DNA of 64,000 nucleotides from the NCBI RefSeq assembly GCF_001447785.1, contig NW_015166462.1, positions 380,116 through 444,115 on the forward strand. Direction: 5' to 3'. A program made the position numbers and the translations under genes. The notes under the pieces are model-generated. The model saw nothing but the letters and a program-made list of their open reading frames with translations, was not told the origin of the DNA and did no database searches. This document shows, one piece after another, positions 27,991-40,631 of this stretch (position 1 is its first letter; each line of letters starts with the position of its first letter). Origin of the DNA: Gekko japonicus. Taxonomy: Eukaryota.

Positions 27991-29299
27991 TAGTGGAAAT
28001 TGTAATAACGGCAGCAAAGGCCAGGTTGCAATGGATTGAACCCAACTAGTTTTTCCCACTGATAAAAAGGAGGGAGGAGGTCCTCTCCAAAAATCTAAGC
28101 TGAGGATCATGCATGGCTGTAATCAAATGGAAACCTGGGCAAAAGTGAGTGAAAAACCTGGTGGGATCTAACCCAAAAGCTTCAGGCATCTCTGCTATAG
28201 GCAAACCTCTTTCACTTTCCCTGTGCATTCCCACTTTCCCTCCCTTCTAACAAGCTCCCAGCTATAACTCATCCTTCATGTTCCTCATCTGTTTTTATTA
28301 ATTTAGATAATTTCTTATAAGCTAATATGTCTGGGGAGAGAGGGGAGGGAGGTTTTTTCCCAATCTAAGAACATAGCCAGCAGTCAGACGCTGAGCATAA
28401 TTGCTCCTCCGAGTCTCCCCTGTGAATGCCATTCAGGCCTAAATGTACCTCACCCAACAGTCCTGTCTCTGGTCGGTTGAGACAGATGCAGAGGCCCCAG
28501 AAGAAGGGGATGGGAAACTGCCCAGGTTGGGTGGGAAGACGATACTGCCAAGCATGCTGGATGCTAATCTTCACGTAAGAAGGGAACTCACATGTGGGCT
28601 TAAGTGATATAAAGACATTTAACAAACAAGTAAGAGAAAACCTTCCCATTACCGTGGCATAGATGGCTGTGGAAGAATGCAGGGGAGCATGGGGTGGGGG
28701 CAGGGATGCAAGAACGTGCCAAAACAGAATCTAGAATCTGCAGGAACAGGCATGATTTTAATGCCAAAACCCATAATTAAGACTAAAAATAGGATCCCAG
28801 TGCCTGGTCATTATCCCAGCGGGTGGGAGAAGCCCTGAGGCAAAGAAAGGCCTCACCCTGAACATATCACAGGCCCTCCAACGATCATCTGCTCTCTCTC
28901 TCGCTCTCTCTCTGTATTGATAAAATGTGTGCACATGCACGACCATGTGTGAGGGAAGAATGGCCACACTAGGTTTTCCTCTCATAGCTTTCTGCGTACT
29001 GTGTGTCAAGAATGGCTGTGTGGGTCTGTGTGTGCTTGTGAGAGAGTTGGGAATGGTAGGGGCAATTTAGACAACTGTTTCTGAGGGGGAAGAATGAGCA
29101 AAAGCTGGTCCCCACCACCAATATGCAAGTGGCAAAAGGGTCTTCTGGAAAGTTCCCCATAGCCCAAAATGCAGGGAAACGTGTGTGTTTTGGGATGTGA
29201 TACATTGCGATTTTAGCACTTTCACAAGCCAGATGGGACCCTCACAATCAGACTGGGATAGCAGTAGCCTTGAGGGAGACTATGCCCTTGGTAACCTAA

Positions 29300-29500
29300 A
29301 CAGGATAGCCCAGGCCAGCCCGATTTCATCAGATCTTAGAAGCTAAGCAGGGCTGGCCCTGGCTAGTATTTGGTTGGGAGACCACCGAGGAATATGAGGG
29401 TCACCCACGGAAGCAGGCAATGGCAAAGCACCTTTGAATGTCTCTTGCCTTGGAAACCCGACGGGGTCACAGTAAGTCAGCTGTGACCTGATGGCAACAA
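29300..29500 (+). mobile_element. 5S rRNA-derived SINE (representative; others near 3555, 9085, 19195, 25275, 46380, 50040, 55945, 60450)
   Basis: 5S-like head CCCGAT.TC.TCAGATCT..GAAGCTAAGCAGGG...TTGG.TGGGAGACC joined to a non-5S tail. Confidence 0.75.
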
Positions 29501-32500
29501 TAACAAAGGCCCTTGGTCTCTGACTGTGGAGGATTCATTCCTAATATTTACTGACACCCTTTCGGACACACTGCAGCCTCTGGTTCAAATAACAGCACAT
29601 TATTACACACAACACACTGCATTCATCAAGAGAGTACTGTAGAAAAAGTCAATGGGCTGGAGGCAAACAAAACTGAAATTTTCTGCTGATTCCCCCTTCC
29701 TGCTGCTGATCACTCCCCCATGTAATTCCTCAGGGTCTACTATCCCCAGGAGAAGCATTTTGTAGAAATCACTGGGCTGAAGTAGGAGGGGGAAGGCAGG
29801 GAAGTTCCATTCTGCCACGGAAAATTAGTCTGGATCCAACCACAGGTATCTGGCATAGATGGCCATGGATAACTTGGGATTCTCTAGGTAGAGTACAGGG
29901 ATCCAGAAGAGCAGAAAGGTAGAAGCCCACAGTCCTGACATTCTGTGAGAGAAGCTGAATATACAAGATCAAGGATGGGCTTAAAGTAAGTCATTATCCA
30001 CTAGTTAGCTCCTGGCCAACTTCCAGTGGTCTGCCTAGCATTTTCTGCTTACTGGAATGGTGGACTAGGTGAACCTTGGTCAACTCTGGGAAGGCACTTA
30101 TATCCTTAATCACGATGGCAGATTCAGGATCACTACCCAGACTAGCTGCATCCTGCTTGCAAAGAGCTCTTGTGCTTTATAAGTGCAACCCATCCTTGCA
30201 ACAGATAGCAAACAGAATGGGGCAAAGAAATTCTTACTGAAATGAACATCACAGCTGACCGATAGAGAGGGCTGGGGCACAAAATCTCTTCTGTAAGGAG
30301 ATTTTTTAAAAGTATCTTGTTCCCATGTCTACATTCTCACCATTTTATCAAAGAGCCCAGGAGTCATCCTGTCTTCCCATTAAATTCCAGTGCCAAATTC
30401 AAAAAAGTCCTCAAGGCAACTCCAGCTAGTACTGCTATGTCACCAGGTAGAAAGAACCAAGAATCACAGTGCTGTGGAGATCATGATGCCCTACAAAAGT
30501 CTCGCCTCCCCTCCCCTCCGGGTTTTTTTCTGGATGCCTTCTATCAAGTATTCTGACTCTACCTCCTGGCTGCCCCTATTCATTAGTACAAAAGGAGCTT
30601 CTGGAAAAACCTCTTAGGAAACTTTATTCCTCTTTCCTTCTTCTACCCCTCCCCCAGAAGAACTCTTGTGCCTTCATCAGCTGAATGATAAATAAGGAAA
30701 AAAACACGTGTGCAATTTTGAATCAGCGTAAAGGTGTAAAGCTGGGAAATTGCCTGTTGAATGTTGCCTTTCCCCAACCCTGCCTCACCATGCTGAGGAA
30801 AGCCTCGCCTATGGAAGTCTTGTCAGCTTTGCTTGTAGACACCAAAGGGTCTATGCGGTGTACATGAAACATGAAACAAAAAGTGCANNNNNNNNNNNNN
30901 NNNNNNNNNNNNNNNNNNNNNNNNNNNNNNNNNNNNNNNNNNNNNNNNNNNNNNNNNNNNNNNNNNNNNNNNNNNNNNNNNNNNNNNNNNNNNNNNNNNN
31001 NNNNNNNNNNNNNNNNNNNNNNNNNNNNNNNNNNNNNNNNNNNNNNNNNNNNNNNNNNNNNNNNNNNNNNNNNNNNNNNNNNNNNNNNNNNNNNNNNNNN
31101 NNNNNNNNNNNNNNNNNNNNNNNNNNNNNNNNNNNNNNNNNNNNNNNNNNNNNNNNCCCCCCCATACCTAGATCTTCCCTTCCTCTCCCTCGGATATGTC
31201 CCCGTCTTCTTTCATCCTTTCGTTTTCTTCCCTCTTCCTTTAGGAAATTGGATATGATATTGTGGCTGATCGGGCTGGAAGGAAGGCGACGATAGGGGGT
31301 GTGCTCTGCCAGCCACAGCCCTACACGTGTTACTGCAAACTGCGTCACTTGGACCGCTGCAGACCACCAACCAGTATTACCGTCTTGGATTGATAGGATC
31401 TCTCCACTGGGATGTTACTGTTTCCATTGCTCAGCCCTCCAAGGTGGTCGCAAAGGGCACGTTCTGGTGCCCACCCAGCTTGGCATGCAACTTTGATGCA
31501 GAAATGAGAGCCAAGATGTACACTTAGGGGCATCGTCCATGCAGGGTAAGTTCAGTTGAGAAAAATAAAGATGACAGGTGTGTGTGTGATGGGATGATAG
31601 TGGCTTATAAAATTATGCATGGGGTGAAGAAAAAAGAGAAGATTGGTCTTCCTCTCATAATACTTGAACTTAGGAGCAACCAATGAAGTTGATGGGTAGT
31701 AGATTTAGGGCAGACAAAAGGAATTAGTATGTCACTCAATTGCTGTGTCAGGCTAAATCAGGAATGTCGAACTCATTTGTTATGAGGGCTGGATCTGACA
31801 TAAATGAGACCCTGTTGGGCCAGGCCATGTGTGTCATAAAATGTAATGTTAGGTAGAGAGAGATAAACCTTATAAAGGACACAAGCACAATTAAAGGTTT
31901 TTTAAACTTTAAATAAAACATGCTTAAAACACTAGCACTCTAGCAATATTTTGTCTATTTAACCGTCTCTGATCACTGACACCTCTTGCTCTGACTTATT
32001 GCAGCTGCAGAACTGGAAAAGGAAGCAGGAAACAGACAGGGCCTTGCGGGCTGGATTGCAGCCCTCTGAGGGCCTGATCCAGCCCCCAGGCCACATGTTT
32101 GACACCCCCATGCTAAATAATCCACTTTCAGTGCACTTTCCAATTGGACTTTTACTGTGTGAACTGGCAAAATCCAGTTGAAAAGTGCGTTGAAAGTGGA
32201 TTATTTAGTGTGTGTGACCGCAGCCAACAGGTAGCTAAATTGCGAAATCAGCTGTCACAGATGTAGTGATGGCTACTAATGTCATAAATGACTATAAAGG
32301 GGATTGGGCAGATTCATGGAGGATAGGTCTATCAACATCTACTAGCTGTGATGGATAAAGGGTACCTCCACATCCAGGGGTTGTAAATCTCTGAATTAGG
32401 AAGCAATATTGACCTCTGTGACCTGTTTGTTTGCAACTGGTTGGCCATGGTGTGGAACAGGATGCTGGAGTAAATGGACCATTAGTCTGGTGCAGCAAAA

Positions 32501-34180
32501 GGCTTCTTTATATCCTTATGACTTGTTGGAGGAAGGGTCAAGTAGGATTGTGGGTTGGACATACTGATGCCTTGAAAAAGTAGGGGGTGCTCCATCTCCA
32601 ATTTCCACTGCATTTCTCAGCACCCTCAAGTTCCTCTTACCTGTTTCACCCTAACTCTGACCATCCTAGCATTTCTTATCAGCTCTGATAGCTAACTGGG
32701 ACCCTCATCATCAGAGGCAGTATGGTGGACCAACGATAGGGGTACACTGTTGCCTTCATAGCTTCCTTGTAAGCTTTCCAGAAGCATTTGACTGACCACT
32801 GTTGGAAGTTCAGTGATGGACTAGAAAAAGACCTATGACTTGTCCAGGACTGCAAAAGCAGAGGAGAGGTCTGAGTCCCAAACACTTCCTTTCACCCAAC
32901 AAACACCCCAGCATGCGTAGCATGCGTGGATTCTCATTGCAGTAACAAAAAAGCCACCTCTTTGCAGACAGGGATACCTCAAAATTGTGAATGAATTATT
33001 CTTGCCCAAAATGGCAGTATTAAACCTTCAAATTATTGTATCAATATTCTTAGAAATTTATTAAGATCTTCCTGATCTTATTTTAGAAGCTCATGATCCC
33101 ATGTAATCCACCCCACCGGGATGAAATCTTACAAACTCAGCCTGTCTCAACGTCCTAGCCAAATTTTATTTCAGTTCCTTGTGATTGGTGCTGCTGTTAG
33201 GTAAGAGTATACTTGTTTAATCTGAAGGGCTGTTTTGCGTCTGGTCTGTTGCAATCTGGACATGGAGAAGAAAATAGGCAAGATGCCTTTCCTTCTAACA
33301 ATTAGTGGTACCTTTTCTTATTGAACTGCAAGTTATCGTTCCTTCTGAGTCACAAAAGAGTCTCAAATCTTTATTCGATAATATGTGGACATGTTCAAAT
33401 AGAATAATAATCATTTTTGTAAAAATAAAATGCTTTATCAAATACAGTTCTTGAATTTGTTGGCATCACTGCTAACTGCCAGTTCATGTCTAAGCACAGA
33501 TCCATGGAAGTCAATGGGTTTAGAAGGGTTTAAGAGCCAGTTTGGTGTAGTGGTTAAGTGTGTGGACTCTAATCTGGGAGAACCAGGTNNNNNNNNNNNN
33601 NNNNNNNNNNNNNNNNNNNNNNNNNNNNNNNNNNNNNNNNNNNNNNNNNNNNNNNNNNNNNNNNNNNNNNNNNNNNNNNNNNNNNNNNNNNNNNNNNNNN
33701 NNNNNNNNNNNNNNNNNNNNNNNNNNNNNNNNNNNNNNNNNNNNNNNNNNNNNNNNNNNNNNNNNNNNNNNNNNNNNNNNNNNNNNNNNNNNNNNNNNNN
33801 NNNNNNNNNNNNNNNNNNNNNNNNNNNNNNNNNNNNNNNNNNNNNNNNNNNNNNNNNNNNNNNNNNNNNNNNNNNNNNNNNNNNNNNNNNNNNNNNNNNN
33901 NNNNNNNNNNNNNNNNNNNNNNNNNNNNNNNNNNNNNNNNNNNNNNNNNNNNNNNNNNNNNNNNNNNNNNNNNNNNNNNNNNNNNNNNNNNNNNNNNNNN
34001 NNNNNNNNNNNNNNNNNNNNNNNNNNNNNNNNNNNNNNNNNNNNNNNNNNNNNNNNNNNNNNNNNNNNNNNNNNNNNNNNNNNNNNNNNNNNNNNNNNNN
34101 NNNNNNNNNNNNNNNNNNNNNNNNNNNNNNNNNNNNNNNNNNNNNNNNNNNNNNNNNNNNNNNNNNNNNNNNNNNNNNNN

Positions 34181-35540
34181 ATAGCACTCCTCTTATATGC
34201 AGATGATACAGTGTATCTCTCGAGGACCCCAGTTGGTCTTCAGAGAGCACTACATACACTCCACAAGTATTGTCAGCAAAATCGGTTAGAAATTAATTAT
34301 GATAAAACAAAAATAATGTCTTTTGCGAAACCACCAAAGACTTACACATGGTATATTAATAAGAATAAGATAGAGCAGGTACATTACTACAAATATTTGG
34401 GGGTAATTGTTCAGGATAACGGTAAGAAAAGTACCCTCATAAAGCATGCTTCTGCCAATGCACAAAAGAGTGCTGGAGCAATTCAAAAATATTATTGGAC
34501 TCGAGGGGGACGCAATGTGGCAGCAGCTATTAAGCTTTTTACCATGAAATCCTTAATGCAAATGTTATCTGCAGCTCCATTTAGTATTAGTTCTAATATT
34601 ATATTGATGGAGAGGGTCCAGTCCAAATTCCTAAGGGCAGTTTTTCGAACTCCATCCAATGCATCAAATGCAGCAATTAGAATAGAGACGGGAATGGTGA
34701 TGGTAGAAGCTAGGATGTGGATAGCAGTTTTCAGATATTGGTTGAAAGTAGCCTACAGTGAGTATGGGATTGCTCATTTGATTTTAAAAGAAGAATTTAC
34801 ATCACCATGGCTCATTATGCTGAAAAAGAAATTAGGTTATTATGTACTATCAGAACAGTATCTATTGTCTATGCACCAGGATCAAGCAAGGTCTGTGGTA
34901 AAACAAGGATTCTAGATGTTGAAAGACAACACAATCTGAATAGATTGAAAAGTGATATAATTGATTTGAACACCCTAAATAGGCCCTTATTGATGCCTTA
35001 TGTTAACAGTTTAGAGAATCCCAATTATAGGAGGGCGTTCACTCTGCTAAGATACGATATGCTGCCTACTGCAGTACTGGAAGGCAAATATAAGACTCCT
35101 TTAGAAGAATGCCTATGCCGATGTGGGGATGGGAGTGTGGAGACATTAATCCATGTAATTTTTGACTGTAAAAATCTATAAACAGATTCGGGAGGCATTT
35201 GTAGTATCAGCAATTTCTAGTTTCCCAGGGAAAGATCAAAAAAGTCTCCTCAAGAAAATGCTCGCTGATAGAAACAGAGATGTCACCTTCAAAATTGCTA
35301 AGTATGGTTGGCTGGCAATTAAGCTGAGGAAAATATGGACAAGTCATGCTAGTTGATATTTTAGAGATGGTTTTATAAGTAATTTAAGTTATATCACTTA
35401 ATATTTTAGGTTATTAGTGGTTTATTTATGTATTTTACAAATATGATATTCCTGTATAGGGAACAGGAATGTTTTAAGTTTGGGGTTTTACTTCTTTTAC
35501 TGTGTAGTGGTCAATGACTGTAATAAATTTACTTACTTAC
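34181..35540 (+). mobile_element. 3' portion of a non-LTR retrotransposon (RTE-X-like), frameshifted
   Basis: RT motifs LLYADD and YKYLG, a C-terminal C-C-H-C knuckle (CLCRCG...LIHVIFDC), two frameshifts, and an AT-rich 3' UTR ending in AATAAA plus a (TTAC)n tail. Confidence 0.85.
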
Positions 35541-35617
35541 TTGCCCAATCAGCATGCCTGCTTTCTCATTGCAGACTTGGCAGTTCATCTCCAGGGAACA
35601 CTTCTAAGGAGATACTT

Positions 35618-36382
35618 ATGGAGCTGCAGAGACATTCCAAGTTTACAGAGGATCCCCGTAGGCCAGCCAAAACCATGGAACGCTCCTCTCCGCAAGACTC
35701 AAGTAACTTGGGGCACATCAAGCTGGAACTGGAGGATGAGGGAGGGGAAGTCCAAATTTCACCTCCTAAACTGTCTCGCCCACCAGTGCCTTCTCCCGCG
35801 GGTGCCCTTCTTCAGGGTTTGAACAGGTTGCCCGGACTAAGCAAACAGGCCCACATTCATGTGGGGACAACCGGCATGGAACAAGGAGAAACCTCTCGCC
35901 TGGAGCGCTGCGTGTTGATTGACAGCCAGGGGCTCCCATCCACGGTACTGGTAGAAGAGGGGGTGGGGTCAGCGGAGGCGACTGCAGGAGGCACAGAGGG
36001 TGGAGGGAGTGGGGGGTCCTCGCATAAGGTGTACTGCTGTCCAGTGTGTTCGCGAACGTTTGAGTACCTGTCTTACCTGCAGCGCCACAGCATCACCCAC
36101 TCGGAAAACAAGCCTCACAGGTGCCGAACGTGTGGTAAGGCCTTCAAGCGCGCATCCCACTTGGAACGCCACAAATACACCCACTCTGGCCGTAAGCCCT
36201 ATGAATGCCCCATCTGCCATCGAAGTTTCCGTGACTCTGGGGAGCTCTTTCACCACCAGTGGCTGCACACGGGCAGCTGGCCCTACAAATGTGAAGCATG
36301 CCACATGCGCTTCGTCGAGCGCAACACTCTTCAGAGGCACGTCCTCCGGAAGCACCGTCTACAGCTCCCCCCGACACCGTAG
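35618..36382 (+). CDS. ZNF581: ZNF581-like C2H2 zinc finger protein, copy A (254 aa, diverged)
   Basis: Acceptor ttgcag|35575. Has the LIDSQGLP motif and 4 C2H2 fingers starting [25 protein letters not shown], as in ZNF581. The ORF-track extension upstream of 35575 is intron/LINE tail. Confidence 0.82.
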   Translation: MELQRHSKFTEDPRRPAKTMERSSPQDSSNLGHIKLELEDEGGEVQISPPKLSRPPVPSPAGALLQGLNRLPGLSKQAHIHVGTTGMEQGETSRLERCVLIDSQGLPSTVLVEEGVGSAEATAGGTEGGGSGGSSHKVYCCPVCSRTFEYLSYLQRHSITHSENKPHRCRTCGKAFKRASHLERHKYTHSGRKPYECPICHRSFRDSGELFHHQWLHTGSWPYKCEACHMRFVERNTLQRHVLRKHRLQLPPTP

Positions 36383-37359
36383 AGACTGGCCTTCTGGGAT
36401 GTAGACCCCACTGCCTGTCCAGACCTCAGGAATCTACTTCCTGGGACTTGCTGGCATCTGTGTATGTAATGGCAATCTTAGCCTGAACATATTTGCTCTT
36501 GTCTTATGGAACTGGTACATCCACAGGTGCCAATCAATGGCTTGCGATTCCCTGGAGGAAGCTGAAGGGAGAACCTCACCCACCGATGCCTGAAACTCTC
36601 TGGAATGGAAGAGGCAGGTTTCTGAGACCCAGCATGGACATTGCCCGTCTTCTCATGCTGCAGGGACTGGCCTCTACCCTCTCTCTAGATACTCTAGTTT
36701 GTCATAACTTCACGAGCATCTAATAAACTCACAGGGAGCGCCATTCCTTTCTGTTTCATCCTGGTGACCTTTTGCCCCTGTAGGTCATATGCATCTACCC
36801 TTGGATACACCGGCCTAGCATTATCTGCCTCTGCAACAGACAGCATGGCCTACTGGCATCCAGGTTTGTCCAATCCTATGACTCTGTGGCAGGGAGAATC
36901 CAGCCCACTTGGCCCAGGCCTTGCACTTAATAGACAGGCACTGTCCCCCACCGTGTATGCCTGAAGGACATGGTGTCATGAAGCCTGTAGCCTGGCAATG
37001 CCTACCCCTGCACATCTGTTAATAGCTCAACCTCTTGCTTGCCTGGCCTTGAATGGGTAGCTCTCTGCAGAGGGTTATCCTATATCCCTTTCAGATGCTC
37101 ATTGGCCTGGAAACAGCATAGAGACCCTCAGTGTGGCAAACAAAACTGGGGTTCACTCATTTTATAAAGACCTGCTTCACAAATACGGAAAGTGTGAACT
37201 CCTATTGGTCTGGGGAAAATGAACTGGTGGGGTGAAGGCCACCCCTTCCTCCACAATTGCCAGCTACAGATTTGAACTGAGTTTTCGGAATGTGTGAACT
37301 CCCTTGAGAAGCCTCATTGGGAAGAGCTTGGCATCCCCCTGGAGTAGAATATCACCCCA

Positions 37360-38292
37360 CAATATGCAGAGAATAGTTACAAGAATGGGCACAGTAATAA
37401 GACCAATGAAAAAAGGAAAAAGAACTGTGACAATTTAGCGCTTGGTAACCTTTACCTAATATATTCATAAATCATAATATACAATAACAGAAAATAAGTA
37501 ATATATATAGTGAATGTAGATGGTGGTCTCCGGAATGATGTTCTTATGATGTTCAATACCTAATCAGTGGGGTCGTGATCTATTTCCTTGTAATAATCCT
37601 CATCTGATAACTATGTGCTTCCTGAATATAGTCTGTGCGATCTAATAGAACTATCCCCCCACCTTTGTCCGCCCCTTTAACTACTATAGATGTATCTTTA
37701 GCTATGTCATGTAATGATTCCTCTTACTCACGAGTAAGATTATGCTTGAGTCTTTTTTTCTGTGACTCTAAAAGTTGAATATCTTCAGTAACTCGTCTTT
37801 CAAACACTGATATGGATGGTACTGGTACAAATTTGGATTTATTTCTAGGCAATTTTGGGGTACAGAAGTCAGTCTCTCCAAAAAACATTCTTAACATTTA
37901 TGTATGTGGAGCGATGTAATTATTATTGAATAACAATGAAAATGTATTGTAACAGCTATTGTTGCACTTTTTAGAATCAACAGTATATTTTCAATACGTC
38001 ACCAAGAGAAATGAATTGTTGAAAGACAGTTTATGTAAGGTTTCATACTATTTTTATTCTTATTCATATTATATATTTGCACACTGTTATATATATTTTT
38101 AAATGAGACTTGTATTGTTGTATTTGATAAGGTACACATCCTTGTTCAGAAGATCATTGTCGAAACGGCACACCATTCCGGAGACCACCGTCTACATTCA
38201 CTATATAACTTATTTTCTGTTATTGTATATTATGATTTATGAATATATTACCAAGCGCTAAATTGTCACAGTTCTTTTTCCTTTTTTCATTG
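37360..38292 (-). mobile_element. Penelope-like (Neptune-type) retroelement fragment with inverted arms
   Basis: The minus strand of ~37560-37890 reads, with stops and frameshifts, ...IVVKGADKGG-IVLLDRTDYIQEAH-LSDEDYYKEIDHDPT (DKG domain). Inverted repeats at 37402-37540 and 38171-38294. Direct repeat GTAGAATATCACCCCA on both flanks. Confidence 0.8.
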
Positions 38293-39054
38293 GTAGAATA
38301 TCACCCCAACACACCTGGACCCACATTTCCTACCCCCCCCCAATCCCCAGTAACAAACAATATGAAGCTGGTCGTGGAGGTGTGGTTTTTTAGTTCCTTG
38401 CAGGAGTCCCAGTGGCACCTTAAAAAACATAACAAAAATGTATCCCAGTATAATCTTAGGTGCCTGGCACCTGATGATGTGAGTTCTGACTTGTGGAAGT
38501 TGATGCTGGAATGCATTTTGTTAGTCTTCATGGTTAAACAGAAGGAGGAGCCTGGTGGATTCCATTTACCTTTAAGATTGTTTTAGAGGGTAGCCATGTC
38601 GGTTTGCAGACAACCAGCTAGATTCGAGTCCAGTAGAACCTTGGGCCAGGGGTCCCCAACATGGTGCCCACCAAGGGTTTTTAGAAAGTGGGCGGGCCAG
38701 GTGGGGCTTTTTCATGGCAGGGCTTCCGACTTGCCCCTGAAGATCTGATTGGCCATGCAGATCAAAATAACTTTTTTAAGTGCTTGTCTTATTATCTCAG
38801 TGTTTGTCTTCTTCTCTCTCACCCCCTTCTTTCCCAGTGTATTTTTTAATTACCCACTTCGTTGCTGAAATGGTCTCTCTCTTAATAAATTGGGGGAATT
38901 AGCTCTATAGAGATAGAGCGTGGGTAACTGGGGATCTCCACCAATGTTTATGGGGTTTTCCCCTTAGAGTTCTTTCAAAATAAACCAGGCAGTTGTTCAC
39001 CCAGAAAGCTTTTTATTTAAAGAGCGTAAAAGAGAAATACACACAAACAAGAAC

Positions 39055-39403
39055 TAGGATTGCCAAATGGGCCCGGGGGGCGGGGAATCCCCCGCTTCGG
39101 AGCCCCGATTTCCGCCCCGGTGGAATCGGGGCCTGGGGGAACCCCGCCCCCAAAGCTGCATCACCAGAGGTGATGCAGCCATGTTGCTGACGTTGGGGGC
39201 GTGGCTGAGCTCGTTGAAGCACGTTGCTGACGTTGGGGGTGTGGCTGAGCTCGTCGGGGGGAAAACCATATGGTTTTTTCCCCGACAAGCCCGGCCACGC
39301 CCCCAACGTCGCACGTCACTTCCGGCGACGTGCTGCCAGCGCAACCTCCCGGACGCCAGTAAGGCTCCCCCACTTCGAGGGGTGAGTCAATTTGGCAACC
39401 CTA
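39055..39403. mobile_element. CpG-rich hAT MITE (TAGG(G/A)TTGCCA termini)
   Basis: TIR TAGGATTGCCAAAT / ATTTGGCAACCCTA; exact TSD ACAAGAAC. Confidence 0.85.
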
Positions 39404-40568
39404 ACAAGAACACATTTCAACACATACGAGGCTATCTAAGAAAACCGGGGAGGAGTGGGGAGAAAGTGATTTGGGTAGGCAAATATTTACCAGTCTAGAA
39501 GATCAAGGTCCATGGAAGCTGTAGCAAAATGGCTAATGTTTCATGGAGGAAAAGAAGATGGCCCACATGCAGGTGGGGGTGTGAGGTATGGCACTGAGAA
39601 CACCCACACACAGGCTGTTCCCTGGGGCTATGCTGATGTGCCTGCCCCCAAAACCGTGCCTTGATGAGATCTCTGGAGTTTGAACAATAAGTTAGGAGGA
39701 GCTTGAGGGATTTACCGGGGTGCAACTGTAGGTGCTGATGTTTGCTTGATGACCCTTGTTTCCTGGACGGGAAGACTGTCAAGTTCAGAAATAGTGTTAA
39801 TGGGGAATTTCACATTACCCAGTTTCACCCGGTTTCAAGCCAGTAATCATCCGTTTTGAAGTGAACTGATACAGGGCTTCCATTTCACACAGGGCTTGCC
39901 CCTATCGGAAATGAGACGGATCGGAAGCGGTTTGGCATTTCAGACTTGCACTGCTTTGTTTTCCCGCCATTTTCCTCCCACGCGGGTGATCGATTTTTTT
40001 TTTTAACGTTCGATTTATAGCGTTATATCGCTATACCGGAACTCCAAACGATGCCTCGACTCCACTGGGATACATGCGATGGCTACATCTGCCCCCTGGA
40101 AACAATTACCCCATTGGACTGCAGGTTTCCAGGGGGACATCAGGCTAATGTTGCTAACCCTTCCATGCCCAGAGACAAGTCAGGGGAAGGTGAAGGGGTT
40201 GTCAGTTTGCCCCCTGGAAACAAGTGGCAGGCTGGTCTGGGTAAGTGGTTTTGTGTAACTGTGTGAGAGGCTACTGATCATCATGGTCTCAATAACTACC
40301 TTGCTGCAACTGTATCAAAATAACGGTAACATGCAGTCATAATAACAACAAATATAATTTTGCTCAAACATGACAGTTCCTCAAGGCAGTCTTTAAGAAA
40401 TTCAATGAAATCAAGACGTTTACCAACCTGAAGATTCTGCCTGTTCAAACATGTTCCTTTGGCATCTTCATCACAGCACTTCTCATGATGTTGTTTCATT
40501 CAGGCCATCAGGCCTGGCATTTTTTTGTTGCAGTGTTTGTATTTTGCACACATGCCAGTCTTACCCAT

Positions 40569-40631
40569 AGGAAGGAAGGAAGGAAGGAAGGAAGGAAGGA
40601 AGGAAGGAAGGAAGGAAGGAAGGAAGGAAGG
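40569..40631 (+). repeat. (GGAA)n microsatellite
   Basis: About 15 perfect GGAA units. Confidence 0.95.

Larger units (their letters stand above)
31157..38860 (+). repeat. Segmental duplication unit A (pairs with 41511-46980)
   Basis: Colinear similarity across upstream, intronic, coding and downstream sequence of both ZNF581-like genes. The left boundary is hidden by the gap at 30888-31156. Confidence 0.9.

Noticed and set aside
29300-29400. 5S rRNA-like sequences
   Set aside because: Partial, diverged and fused to a SINE tail; not rRNA genes.
32630-32860. Conserved minus-strand donor and ORF in both duplicates (also 42945-43245)
   Set aside because: The sequence resembles an old repeat 3' end shared through the duplication; no coding evidence.
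35480-35617. 300-aa version of ZNF581-like copy A
   Set aside because: The extension starts at a non-ATG codon in the LINE 3' UTR and crosses a splice acceptor; copy B has no equivalent.
38145-38170. Hammerhead in the Penelope insertion (CAGAAGA...CGAAAC)
   Set aside because: The CUGA core is mutated and stem II is poor; at best a relic.
39055-39403. CpG clusters at 39055-39403 and 47088-47530 as promoters
   Set aside because: Both lie within transposon insertions bounded by TIRs.
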